NCBI GenBank assembly: GCA_963727485.1 | Contig: CAVSGM010000011.1 | Location: forward strand, 1-64,000 | Direction: 5' to 3' | Length of the DNA stretch: 64,000 nt | From: an uncultured delta proteobacterium | GTDB taxonomy: Bacteria > Myxococcota > Myxococcia > SLRQ01 | Shown here: in pieces, positions 19,167 to 28,778 of the stretch | Numbering within the stretch: the first letter of the stretch is position 1 | How the letters are laid out: every line of letters starts with the position of its first letter | Notes under the pieces: generated by a model | Database searches by the model: none | What the model was told of the DNA's origin: nothing | What the model saw: the letters and a program-made list of their open reading frames with translations, nothing else | Made by a program: the position numbers and the translations under genes

Positions 19167-21101
19167 CTACGCCGCGGACCGCCCCCGGCGGCGAAGGCCC
19201 GCGAGGACGATCCCCAGGAGCACGAGGGACAGGGGCACCGCGCCCGACTCGCCCGCCGCGGCGCTGCAACCGCAGCTCCCGTCCTTTCGAAAGCCCGCGC
19301 CGTTGGGGCAGACGCAGACCGGAGTGGTCGACTCCGGCTGGTCGCAATGGCCCCCGGCATCGCGGCAGGTCTGCGTGTCGCAGCTACAGGTGTATCCGGG
19401 CGACGTGTTGGTGCAGGTGTTCCCCGTGCCGCAGACGTGGCCCTTGGCGCACTCGTCGATGTCCACGCAGGAGTGGCCATCGAACTCGAACCCGGACCGG
19501 CACTTGCAGTTGTACCCGGTGGCGTTGTTGATGCAGACGCCCTTGGAGGACGGCCCACAGGGATCGCCGACGCAGTGGTCCACGACGGTGCAGGTGTGGC
19601 CGTCGCCGGTGTAGCCGGTGTTGCAGGCGCAGGTGACGCCGGTCGTCCCGTCGGTGCAGGTGGCGTTGGCGCCGCACCCGCCGTTGTTCGTGGCGCAGGT
19701 GGGGCTGCACTGGGTCCCGTCTCCCTGGTAGCCGGCGTTGCAGGCGCAGGTGTAGCTGCCCGGGGTGTTGGTGCAGGTGGCGTTGGCGTCGCAGCCGCCG
19801 TTGTCGGTGGCGCACTCGTCGATGTCGCTGCAGGTGGTGCCGTCGAAGGCGTAGCCGCCGTTGCAGGTGCAGGTGTAGCCGCCGGTGGTGTCGGTGCAGC
19901 TCGCGCCCTGGGTGCCGCAGGGGTTCGCGGCGCAGGGGTCGACCGCGCAGGTGGTGCCGTCGCCGACGTACCCGCTGTTGCAGGTGCACACCACGCTGCC
20001 GGTGCTCGCGTCGCAGGTGGCGTTGGCGTCGCAGCCACCGTTGTTCGTGGCGCAGGGATCCATGGGGATGCAGGCGCCGCTGGGGTCCGGCGCGTACCCC
20101 TGCGCGCAGAAGCACATGCTGGCGGTCGCGGGCGGCGTCACGGAGCACTCGTAGTTGGGCTCCACGGTGCAGGTGGGGCTGCAGCCGTCCCCCGCCGTGG
20201 TGTTGCCGTCGTCGCAGCCCTCGGTGCCGGTCTTGATGCCGTCGCCGCAGGTGGCCACGCAGGCCTGGCCCGCGGTGGGACAGGTGTAGCCTACCTCGAC
20301 CTGCGTGCAGTCGCTGCTGCACCCGTCGCCGCTGGCGGTGTTGCCGTCGTCGCAGGCCTCACCCTGCTCCAGGGTCCCGTTGCCGCAGGTCGATGCCTGG
20401 CAGTCCGACGCGGGGATGACCACGTCGTCGATCATGGGCCCGGCGACGTTGGTGTCGGAGCCGGAGAAGTAGAGGATGGTCGAGGTGCTCTGCGCGGTGA
20501 ACTCGAAGTGGAGCGGCTGCCAGGGGGTCACCTGGGCGCTGCCCAGGGTCTGGTACTCGGCGGTCGCAAAGGGCGTGGTGACGTCCTGGGCGAGACCGGC
20601 GCCGGTGTCGTCGGCGACGCCGACGGTGAGCACCCGGCTACAGCTCGTGCTGCAGGACTGCCCCGAGTAGGTGACGCAGTTGGCGCTGCCGAGGAACTGC
20701 ACCCCGTAGGTCTTGCCCACCTCCGTGGGGAGCACCTGGGCGATGACGCCCTGGCTGGAGCCGTTGAGATCGATGGAGTAGGTGCCGTTGCCGGCGGGCT
20801 GGCAGCCGGCGTAGGCGGTGCCGTCGACCCAGTCGATGGTCCCGGAGACCAGCTGCCAGTCGGCGGAGCTGGGCTGGGTCTCGAAGCTGGGGTCGAGGAC
20901 GGTCAGCGGCGCCAGGGTCTGGCAGCTGAAGCCGGACTCGATGGTGCAGGTCGCCGAGCAGCCGTCGCCGCTGGCGGTGTTGCCGTCGTCGCAGGCCTCG
21001 CCGGGGTCGAGGACGCCGTTACCGCAGGCCGCGAGGGCGGGCTTTGCCGCCAGGAGCGTGAGAGTGGATACAGCGACCAGGACGAGCGGAGACGCGCGCA
21101 T
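19167..21101 (-). CDS. Cys-rich surface protein 1 (DUF4215 repeats, choice-of-anchor C/DUF642-like domain, EGF repeats, MYXO-CTERM)
   Basis: Signal peptide; CDDGN..GDGCS repeats; SIDLNGSSQG..GPMIDDV; DIDEC Ca-EGF; GCSAA..TM..RRR tail. Confidence 0.88.
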   Translation of the reverse strand: MRASPLVLVAVSTLTLLAAKPALAACGNGVLDPGEACDDGNTASGDGCSATCTIESGFSCQTLAPLTVLDPSFETQPSSADWQLVSGTIDWVDGTAYAGCQPAGNGTYSIDLNGSSQGVIAQVLPTEVGKTYGVQFLGSANCVTYSGQSCSTSCSRVLTVGVADDTGAGLAQDVTTPFATAEYQTLGSAQVTPWQPLHFEFTAQSTSTILYFSGSDTNVAGPMIDDVVIPASDCQASTCGNGTLEQGEACDDGNTASGDGCSSDCTQVEVGYTCPTAGQACVATCGDGIKTGTEGCDDGNTTAGDGCSPTCTVEPNYECSVTPPATASMCFCAQGYAPDPSGACIPMDPCATNNGGCDANATCDASTGSVVCTCNSGYVGDGTTCAVDPCAANPCGTQGASCTDTTGGYTCTCNGGYAFDGTTCSDIDECATDNGGCDANATCTNTPGSYTCACNAGYQGDGTQCSPTCATNNGGCGANATCTDGTTGVTCACNTGYTGDGHTCTVVDHCVGDPCGPSSKGVCINNATGYNCKCRSGFEFDGHSCVDIDECAKGHVCGTGNTCTNTSPGYTCSCDTQTCRDAGGHCDQPESTTPVCVCPNGAGFRKDGSCGCSAAAGESGAVPLSLVLLGIVLAGLRRRGRSAA

Positions 21102-21191
21102 GCAGGATGATCCCTTCCGTGATGTGAGTGGTGCGTCGAATTCTGCCCACTGTCAGGATTCGTGAAGCCGCCTGTCAGAGTCAAGCGGGTA
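21102..21191 (-). promoter_or_regulatory. Conserved leader/promoter shared with the gene at 23463..25844
   Basis: TTGACTCTG 83 nt upstream of ATG in both genes; shared CGAATCCTGA, TGGGCAGAA and GATCATCCTGC-ATG blocks. Confidence 0.65.
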
Positions 21192-21337
21192 GCGCAGTAC
21201 CCGGGGATCCCCCAGACCGGCCCGCATTCCACCGGGAGGAGGGAAGCTGCTGCGTGGCCAAAGAAGCCACTCTCACCAACGGGCACCGGGAGAACGTCCA
21301 CGGTCATGGACGAACGACGCCTGCCCTGAGCGGACAC

Positions 21338-21391
21338 GGGCCCGGCCCCGGGCGCTTCCCCGAAGCCGGGAGCGCTCCCGGTGCCGGGCCC
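21338..21391. terminator. Long GC-rich hairpin downstream of surface protein 2
   Basis: GGGCCCGGC...GCCGGGCCC outer arms with inner pairing. Confidence 0.55.
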
Positions 21392-21412
21392 TTCGGCGTG
21401 CGCGCCTTTGGC

Positions 21413-23233
21413 CTACGCGGCCGACCGCCCGCGGCGGCGGATCCCCGCGAGCACGATCCCCAGCATCACCAGGGACAGGGGCACGGCGCCGCCCTCACCG
21501 GCCGCCGAGCTGCAGCCGCAGAGCTCCCCGTCAGCACCGCCGCTGTGCCAGCCGCCGAAATGGTGGCAGACGCAGGTCGGAGCTCCGTCCTTGTCGGTCT
21601 CGCAGGTGCCAGCGACCGTGACGCACGAGCCGCCGCACGCGCACTTGTAGCTGCCGTCGGTGTTGGCGCAGTCAACGAGCATCCCGCAGGGGTGGTCGGC
21701 CGCGCACTCGTCGATGTCCACACAGGTCGTGCCGTCGGACTTGTACCCCTTCTGGCAGGTGCAGGTGTAGCCGTCGGCCGTGCTGGTGCAGGTGTCCCCA
21801 TGGGCTCCGCAGGGATCGGCGGCGCAGTGGTCGGTGGAGGTACAGGTCGTGCCGTCGCCGGTGTAGCCGGCGTTGCAGGCGCAGGTGACGCCGTTGGCGC
21901 CGTCGGTGCACGTGGCGTTGGCGTCGCACCCACCGTTGCCCGTGGCGCAGGTAGGCGTGCACAGCGTCCCGTCGCCCTGGTAGCCGGCGTTGCAGGCGCA
22001 GGTGTAGCTCCCCGGGGTGTTGGTGCAGGTGGCGTTGGCGTCGCACCCGCCGTTGGCGGTCTGGCACTCGTCGATGTCACTGCAGGTGGTGCCGTCGAAG
22101 GCATAGCCCGCCGGGCAGGTGCAGGTGTAGCCGCCCGAGGTGCTGGTGCAGGTGCCGCCCGGGCCGCAGAGGCCCGGCGTGGCGGTGCAGGCGTCGGTGG
22201 CCACGCACTGGCCCTGCGGGTCCTGCTGGTAGCCCGGCGCGCAGGAGCACGTGCTGAAGGTCGCCGGCGCCGTGACGCTGCACACCCACCCGGTCTCGAC
22301 GGTGCAGGTGTCGCTGCAGCCGTCGCCGGGGGCGGTGTTGCCGTCGTCGCAGCCCTCGGTGCCCGTCTTGATGTCGTCGCCGCAGGTCGCGACGCAGGCC
22401 TGGCCCGCCGTGGGGCAGGTGTAGCCCACCTCGACGTGCTGGCAGTCGCTGCTGCAGCCGTCACCACTCGCGGTATTTCCGTCGTCGCAGGCCTCGCCCG
22501 CGCCGATGACGCCGTCGCCGCAGGTCGAGAGGCGGCAGTCCGACGCCGGGATCGTCACGTCGTCGATCATGGGGCCGGCGGGGCTGGGGTCCGAGCCCGA
22601 GAAGTAGAGGATGGTCGAGGTGCTCTTTGCCGTGAACTCGAAGCGCAGGGGCTGCCAGGGCGCAACCTGGGCGTTGCCCTGGGTCTGGTACTCGGCGGTG
22701 GCAAACGGGGTGGCGATGTCCTGGGCGAGGCCGGCGCCGGTGTCGTCGGCGACGCCGATGGTGAGCACCCGGGTGCAGGTGGTGGCGCAGGACTGGCCGG
22801 TGTAGGTCACGCAGTTGGCGTTGCCCAAGAACTGCACCCCGTAGGTCTTGCCTGGCTCGGTGGTGAGCACCTGGGCGATGACCCCCTGGCTCGAGCCGTT
22901 GAGGTCGATGGAGTAGGTGCCTTCGCCGGAGGGCCAGCAGGCGGAGAGGGAGGTGCCGTCGAGCCAGTCGATGGTGCCCGAGACCAGCTGCCAGTCGGCC
23001 GAGCTGGGCTGGGTCTCGAAGCCCGGGTCCTTCACGGCGAGGGGCGCCAGGGTCTGGCAGGTGGCGCCGGTCTCGATGGTGCAGTCCGCGGCGCACCCGT
23101 CGCCGGCGCGGGTGTTGCCGTCGTCGCAGGTCTCACCCGGGTCGAGGACCCCGTCGCCACAGGCCGCGAGCGCCGGCCGCGCCACCACCAGGGACACTCC
23201 TACCGCCGCCAGAACCGCCAGGAACCTGCGCAT
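21413..23233 (-). CDS. Cys-rich surface protein 2 (paralog)
   Basis: Same architecture as 19167..21101, near-identical tail AVPLSLV.LGIVLAG.RRRGRSAA. Confidence 0.88.
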   Translation of the reverse strand: MRRFLAVLAAVGVSLVVARPALAACGDGVLDPGETCDDGNTRAGDGCAADCTIETGATCQTLAPLAVKDPGFETQPSSADWQLVSGTIDWLDGTSLSACWPSGEGTYSIDLNGSSQGVIAQVLTTEPGKTYGVQFLGNANCVTYTGQSCATTCTRVLTIGVADDTGAGLAQDIATPFATAEYQTQGNAQVAPWQPLRFEFTAKSTSTILYFSGSDPSPAGPMIDDVTIPASDCRLSTCGDGVIGAGEACDDGNTASGDGCSSDCQHVEVGYTCPTAGQACVATCGDDIKTGTEGCDDGNTAPGDGCSDTCTVETGWVCSVTAPATFSTCSCAPGYQQDPQGQCVATDACTATPGLCGPGGTCTSTSGGYTCTCPAGYAFDGTTCSDIDECQTANGGCDANATCTNTPGSYTCACNAGYQGDGTLCTPTCATGNGGCDANATCTDGANGVTCACNAGYTGDGTTCTSTDHCAADPCGAHGDTCTSTADGYTCTCQKGYKSDGTTCVDIDECAADHPCGMLVDCANTDGSYKCACGGSCVTVAGTCETDKDGAPTCVCHHFGGWHSGGADGELCGCSSAAGEGGAVPLSLVMLGIVLAGIRRRGRSAA

Positions 23234-23376
23234 CCACTGCCTCCGATGTTTGGACTTGAGGTGTTCCGCGCGAGCGCGGACTGGGCGAGAGATACCCAGC
23301 CTGACGGTCCGCTACACCGTCTCTCCAGGTCAACCACCGGCCTGCCCCTAGGGACTGGTGGCATCGGGGCTCTCAC

Positions 23377-23401
23377 GCCCCTCGCCCGGTGGGCGAGGGG
23401 C
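23377..23401. terminator. Hairpin downstream of surface protein 3
   Basis: GCCCCTCGCCC-GGT-GGGCGAGGGGC perfect 11-bp stem. Confidence 0.55.
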
Positions 23402-23462
23402 TCGGCTGGGGGTCAAGCCGTGTTGAAGCCGGCCCCGCCAAGGGCCGTGAGGTGCGACCGGC

Positions 23463-25844
23463 CTACCGCCGTCGGCGGCGGGTCAGCAGGGCGACGCCGA
23501 GGCCGGCCAGGAGCAGCCAGCTGGAGGGATTGCCGCTGCCCCGGGAGGCCGCCACGGCGCAGCCGACGCTGCTCCCATTGGTCGTCGAGCCGCTCGAGGC
23601 GACGCAGCTCTTCCCGCTCAGGGCATAGCCCGGCGCGCAGGAGCACACGCTCCCCGTCGCCGGCGGGGTGACGGTGCACTGCCACCCGGTCTCGACGGTG
23701 CACTTGGCGCTGCACCCGTCCCCCGCCGTGGTGTTGCCGTCGTCGCAGCTCTCGGCGCTCTGCTTGATGCCGTCGCCGCAGCTGGAGGTGCAGGCCTGGC
23801 CGGGGGTGGCGCAGGTGTAGCCCACCTCGATCTGTTGGCAGTCGCTGCTGCAGCCGTCGCCGCTCATGTTGTTGCCGTCGTCGCAGACCTCGCCGGGGTC
23901 GAGGGTCCCGTTTCCGCAGCTCGTGGGGTGGCAGTCGGAGGTGGGGGCGGTCACGTCGTCGATCATGGGGCCGGCGAGGTGGGTGTCCGAGCCCGAGAAG
24001 AAGAGGACGGTGGATGTGCTCTGGGCGGTGAACTCGAAGCGCAGGGGCTGCCAGGGCACCGACTGGGGGCTGCCCTGGGTCTGATAGACGGCGGTGGCGA
24101 AGGGCGTGGTGACGTCCTTCGCCAGATCGGCGTCGGTCGCGTCGGCCGCCCCCACGGTGAGCGCGCGGCTGCAGGTGCTGGCGCAGGACTGGCCGCTGAC
24201 GTTCACGCAGTTGGCGTCGCCGAGGAACTGCACCCCGTAGGTCTTGCCCGGCTCGGTGGTGAACACCTGGGCGAGGACGCCCTGGCTGGAGCCGTTGAGG
24301 TCGATGGAGTAGTGGCCGTCGCCGGCGGGCCAGCAGGCGTTGCCGTCGGTGTCGCTGGGCCGGTCGGTGGTCCCGGTGACCGTCTGCCAGTTGCTGGGGC
24401 CGAGCGGCGTCTCGAAGCTCTGGTTCTTCACGGTCAGCGGCGTCAGGGTCTCGCAGGTGGTGCCGGCCTCGACGGTGCAGTCCGGGGCGCAGCCGTCCCC
24501 GGCGCGGTTGTTGCCGTCGTCACACGCCTCGCCGGTGTCCAGGATCCCGTCCCCGCACGAGGGCAGGGCGCAGGTCGTTCCGTCGCCGGTGTAGCCGGCG
24601 TCGCAGGTGCACACGGCGCTGCCGCTGCTCGAGTCGCAGGTGGCGTTGGCGTCGCAACCGCCGTTGTTCTGGGTGCAGGGGTCGACCTTGGTGCAGGTGG
24701 TGCCGTCGCCGGTGTAGCCGCTGTTGCAGGTGCACACCGGGCTGCCGGTGCTGCCGTCGCAGGTGGCGTTGGCGTCGCAGCCGCCGTTGCCGGTGGCGCA
24801 GGGGTCGATGGACACGCAGGCGCCGCTGGGGTCCTGCTGGTAGCCCGGCGCGCAGGTGCACAGGCTCCCGGTCGCCGGGGGCGTCACGGTGCACGCCCAC
24901 CCGGTCTCCACGGTGCAGGTGGCGCTGCAGCCGTCACCGGGGGTGGTGTTGCCGTCGTCGCAGCCCTCGGTGTTCTGCTTGGTCCCGTCGCCGCAGGCGG
25001 GGACGCAGGGCTGGCCGGGGGTGGCGCAGGTGTAGCCCGCCTCGGTGTGGCAGTTGCCGTCGCAGCCGTCGCCGCCCACCGTGTTCCCGTCGTCGCAGGT
25101 CTCCCCGGCATCGATGATGCCGTTGCCGCAGGCCGACGGCTGGCAGTCCGAGTCGGGGATGACCACGGCGTCGAGCATCGGCCCGGCCAGCGCGGTGTCC
25201 GAGCCGGAGAAGTAGAGGATGGTGGAGGCGCTCTTGGCGGTGAACTGGAAGCGGAAGGGCTGCCACCCCACGGCCTGGGGGCTGCCGCTCATGGTGTACT
25301 CGACGGTCTTGTAGGCGTTGGGGATGTCGGCGGCGAAGCCCGCGCCGGTGTCGTCGGCGACGCCGAGGGTCATCAGCCGGGTGCAGGTGCTGGCGCAGGA
25401 CACGCCGGCCTGGGTGACGCAGTTGGCGCTCCCCAGGAAGTGCACCGCGTAGGTGGTCCCGGGGACGGTGGCGAGGGCCTGGGCCAGCACCCCCTGGCTC
25501 GAGCCGTTGAGGTCGATGGAGTAGCTGCCGTCGCCCGAGGGCCAGCAGGCGTTGGCCTGGGTGTTGGACTGCCAGTCGATGGTCCCCGAGACCAGCTGCC
25601 AGTCGGCGGCGCTCGGCTGGATCTCGAAGTGTGCGTTCTTCACCGTGAGCCCGGTCGCCGTAGGACAGCTGAAGCCGGACTCGACGGTACAGGTCGGCGA
25701 GCAGCCGTCGCCGGCGCGGAGGTTGCCGTCGTCACAGGCCTCGCCGGCGTCGAGGATCCCGTCCCCGCAGGCCGCGAGCGCGGGCCTCGCCACGCCCAGG
25801 AGCAGGCCCATCAGACCCACGGTCACCACCGAAGACGCACGCAT
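23463..25844 (-). CDS. Cys-rich surface protein 3 (two choice-of-anchor C-like domains)
   Basis: Internal duplication of the repeat+domain module; tail GCAVAASRG...WLLLAGLGVALLTRRRRR. Confidence 0.88.
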   Translation of the reverse strand: MRASSVVTVGLMGLLLGVARPALAACGDGILDAGEACDDGNLRAGDGCSPTCTVESGFSCPTATGLTVKNAHFEIQPSAADWQLVSGTIDWQSNTQANACWPSGDGSYSIDLNGSSQGVLAQALATVPGTTYAVHFLGSANCVTQAGVSCASTCTRLMTLGVADDTGAGFAADIPNAYKTVEYTMSGSPQAVGWQPFRFQFTAKSASTILYFSGSDTALAGPMLDAVVIPDSDCQPSACGNGIIDAGETCDDGNTVGGDGCDGNCHTEAGYTCATPGQPCVPACGDGTKQNTEGCDDGNTTPGDGCSATCTVETGWACTVTPPATGSLCTCAPGYQQDPSGACVSIDPCATGNGGCDANATCDGSTGSPVCTCNSGYTGDGTTCTKVDPCTQNNGGCDANATCDSSSGSAVCTCDAGYTGDGTTCALPSCGDGILDTGEACDDGNNRAGDGCAPDCTVEAGTTCETLTPLTVKNQSFETPLGPSNWQTVTGTTDRPSDTDGNACWPAGDGHYSIDLNGSSQGVLAQVFTTEPGKTYGVQFLGDANCVNVSGQSCASTCSRALTVGAADATDADLAKDVTTPFATAVYQTQGSPQSVPWQPLRFEFTAQSTSTVLFFSGSDTHLAGPMIDDVTAPTSDCHPTSCGNGTLDPGEVCDDGNNMSGDGCSSDCQQIEVGYTCATPGQACTSSCGDGIKQSAESCDDGNTTAGDGCSAKCTVETGWQCTVTPPATGSVCSCAPGYALSGKSCVASSGSTTNGSSVGCAVAASRGSGNPSSWLLLAGLGVALLTRRRRR

Positions 25845-25934
25845 GCAGGATGATCACTTTCGCCCCGGCGAAGTTGTGTCGAGTTCTGCCCAGCATCAGG
25901 ATTCGCGAGGAGGCCGGGCAGAGTCAACCGGGTA
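25845..25934 (-). promoter_or_regulatory. Conserved leader/promoter (copy of 21102..21191)
   Basis: Same motifs at identical spacing from ATG. Confidence 0.65.
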
Positions 25935-26032
25935 TTGTAAGACCCGGGCCGTGCCTCCCTGGGCCGGACACGCGCAAGGGCCCCCGAGGGCCCGCCGCGA
26001 AACAGGTGCTCGCGGGTCGTCTCGGGCGACCG

Positions 26033-26766
26033 TCAGGTCGCGACCGCGACGAAGTGCCGGGCGTCGAGGCGCCCCTCGCCGTCCCACCGGTAGGCCACCA
26101 GCTTCTGGCCGGGGAGGGCGGCGCTGAAGTCCACTAGCTCACGCCCGCGGGGAGCGGCGCCTCGAGCCCCTTGAGGAGGCACTCGATGGCGGCGTAGGGC
26201 CCCGTGCCCTCACGGCTCGCCTCGACCATGAGCGGCCTGGTGAGGCGCGGGGGATCGCCGGCCTCGGCGGAGACCGCCGCCTGGTGATCCGGGGACCAGG
26301 TCGCGTGGATCACCCGGAGCTCGCCGAGGTCGAGCCAGAGGGGCAGGGTGCGGAAGAAGGCGATGGCGTCGTCGTGGGCCGCCGAGTCGGCGCCGACCTC
26401 GGCGAGGAAGGCCTGGTGCTGCGCCTTGTTCTTCGCCGTCCGCGGCCGCAGCCACGCCGCCGGGTCGCGCGGATCGTCGGGCCCCTGGGGATTCGGGGTG
26501 CGGAAGGCCACCGCGTTGAACTCATGGTTGCCCACCGTCGCCCGGGCCGCGCCGGCGTCGATCATCCACCGCACGATCCGGAGCACCTGCCGGCCGTGGG
26601 GGTTCCGGTCGATGAAGTCGCCGACGAAGATCGCCTGGCGCCGGTCGCCGGGGTACCGGTAGCCATCCCCCTCGGGCCGGTAGCCGAGCCGGCGCAGGAG
26701 CTCGTGGAGGGCGCCGGCCTGCCCGTGGACGTCCCCGATGATGTCGTAACCGTCGACCTTCGCCAT
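26033..26766 (-). pseudogene. Calcineurin-like metallophosphoesterase with internal deletion
   Basis: IIGDVHG, FVGDFIDR, GNHEFN; stop at 26134, then an out-of-frame family-like C-terminus VDFSAALPGQKLVAYRWDGE...HFVAVAT ending at 26033. Confidence 0.75.
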
Positions 26767-26888
26767 GGCCGGACCCCCGCCTCGGCCGTCATCGAACCAC
26801 GGATCGGCGCCGGCCCCAAGGCGGTTTACAGCCCCCGCCCGGTGCCGGAGACTCGGCCGGCCCACCCGACGCCCGAGGAGCAGCGCAC

Positions 26889-27281
26889 ATGACCTTCGGC
26901 ACCCTGGCCAGCCTCGCCGCCGAGGCCCTCGAGAGCCGCCGCACCGGCGAGCGCTTCACCGAGAGCCGCACCCTCACCGGCCCCACCGGCCTCGGCCGCT
27001 TCGTCGTGCGCCACGAGACCCTGGCCCCGGGCCGGCGCAGCGCCGCGCCCCACCACCACACGCGCCTCGAGGAGCTCCACTACGTCCTCTCGGGATCCCC
27101 CACCGCCCGGGTCGGCGACACCGAGCGCCGCCTCCACCCCGGAGACTTCGTGGCCTTCCCCGCCGGCGACCCGGCGCCCCACTGCCTGGTCAACGAGACC
27201 GACGCCCCGGTGACCTTCCTCACCGTGAGCGCCGGCGCCGACGACGACGAGGTCGTCTACGCCCAGGTGAAGTCGCTGTAG
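26889..27281 (+). CDS. Cupin domain protein
   Basis: PHHHTRLEELHYVLSG; LHPGDFVAFPAG..HCLVN. Confidence 0.88.
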   Translation: MTFGTLASLAAEALESRRTGERFTESRTLTGPTGLGRFVVRHETLAPGRRSAAPHHHTRLEELHYVLSGSPTARVGDTERRLHPGDFVAFPAGDPAPHCLVNETDAPVTFLTVSAGADDDEVVYAQVKSL

Positions 27282-27401
27282 CCGCCGACCTCGCCGCAGC
27301 GGAGGCAGCGGGTGTCGCCCGGCTCCACGCTGCCGGTGGCGAGGGGATCGGGGTGATAGCGAAACGTCGGGAGGTCCATGGCGCCGCCCGATCCCACCGC
27401 G

Positions 27402-27767
27402 TCACCGCCGGGGCAGCACCACCACCTCGCCGGCGCCGGCGAGCGCCTCGAGCCAGACCTCCTCGAGGACGTCGAGCTCGGCGTCGAGGTCGAAGGCCGG
27501 GTCGTCCTTCGGCGTCACCGCCTCGAGCACCTCGATGACGAAGGCCGCCTCGCCGTGCTCGGCCCAGGCGCGCTGCATCCCCGCGTCGGGGTGCGATCCG
27601 TGGGCGAGCATGAACCGGTGGCGGTTCACCGCGCCGTCGAGGTTGCGGGTGGTGCCGAGGAGGGTGCGGCCGGCGGCGGGGCAGCTCACCCGGAAGGCCC
27701 CGGCGGGCCGGGCCTCGAGGCGGTAGGCGCGCTTGAGGTCGCGCTCGCGAGCGCGGTCGGTGCTCAC
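27402..27767 (-). CDS. GIY-YIG nuclease-like protein (LuxR-associated type)
   Basis: LKRAYR...AGAFRV...NRHRFML.HGSHP..MQRAWAEHGEAAF.IEVLE; GTG overlaps the upstream TGA. Confidence 0.7.
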   Translation of the reverse strand: MSTDRARERDLKRAYRLEARPAGAFRVSCPAAGRTLLGTTRNLDGAVNRHRFMLAHGSHPDAGMQRAWAEHGEAAFVIEVLEAVTPKDDPAFDLDAELDVLEEVWLEALAGAGEVVVLPRR

Positions 27768-28646
27768 GGCGCCCGCTCCAGGCGCACCACCGCCGCCCAC
27801 TGGGCCCGGCCCGGGGCGCGGGGATCCGGCGGCGGCACCCAGGCGAAGGGGCGCAGCGGCCAGGGCACCCGCTTCAGGCGCGCCCCCGCGTGGAGGAAGG
27901 ATCGCGCCTCGCGCAGGCGCCAGCCGCGGGCCTCGAAGAAGGTCACGCCGTTCGCCGGCCCGAACCTTCAGCGGCGCCTGCGCCAGGTCGCGCTCCCGGC
28001 CCCGGCGCAGGCGGCGCACCATCGACGGGGAGGCGAGATCGGTGATCCAGTCGGTGAAGCCCGGGCGCGCAGCGAGGGCCCGGGCCAGCTCGGCCACCGC
28101 CTCGGCGTCGAGGTAGACGAGCACGCCCTCGGTGAGGACCAGCACCCGGCGGTGGGCGGCGGACACCGAGTCGAGGAGCTGCGCCCGCGACGCCGCGTCG
28201 GCGAGATCCGCGGGCACCCGCTGGAGGACGCACCGGGGCACCTCGCCCTCGAGGATCCGCGTCTTCTCCTCGAGGAGCGCCGGCTGGTCCACCTCGATCC
28301 ACGCGAGGTCCGTGGGCAGGGCCAGCCGGTAGGGCCGGGTGTCGTAGCCGGCGCCGAGGTTGAGCACGGCGGTGCAGCCCTCGGCCACGGCGGCCTCGAC
28401 CGCGGCGTCGATGAGCACCGTCCGGGTGACGATGGGCCAGCCGTTGCCCCCGGCGCCCGGCTGGGGCATCGCCCGCGCGATCTCCTCGCCCCGGGCGCCG
28501 GCCAGCCGCGCGGCGAAGGGATCGTGGAAGAGGGCGTCGGGGCGGGCCGACTCCCAGGCGCGGTAGGTGGCGACCCAGCGGGCGGTCTCCGCCACGCCGG
28601 TGAGGGGTCGCCGCGCGGGCGACCGGGGCTGGGGCCGGGCGGACAT
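27764..28646 (-). CDS. Class I SAM methyltransferase, LCM family (frameshift near 27955)
   Basis: ETARWVATYRAWESARPDALFHDPFA; VLNLGAGYDTRPYRL; LVLTEGVLVYL. Confidence 0.88.
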
Positions 28647-28652
28647 GGCGCC

Positions 28653-28680
28653 AATATACCCGGGTAAAACAATCCGTCAA
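28653..28680 (-). promoter_or_regulatory. Leaderless sigma70-like promoter with palindromic operator
   Basis: TTGACG-16-TATATT-6-ATG; TACCCGGGTA palindrome overlapping spacer and -10. Confidence 0.7.
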
Positions 28681-28778
28681 CCCGGGCCCGGCGACACCCG
28701 CCCACCCGGCGCGTTGACCGGGCCGGCGTGGTCCCGGAGACTGCCCGCGGAGCCCACGCCGGCGACCAGGAGCACCAG

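Noticed and set aside
19167..25844. Diversity-generating retroelement acting on the repeated domains
   Set aside because: No reverse transcriptase in the window, and the differences do not appear adenine-specific.
19083..25853. Long plus-strand ORFs (19083..21110, 21128..23671, 23835..25853)
   Set aside because: Antisense shadows of GC-rich Cys-repeat genes. The same applies to 45703..48945, 13053..15461 and most Arg/Pro/Gly-rich ORFs in the track.
27402..28646. Methyltransferase-GIY-YIG fusion protein (414-aa ORF)
   Set aside because: Artefact of a frameshift near 27955; the methyltransferase's own C-terminus ends at 27764, overlapping the next GTG.
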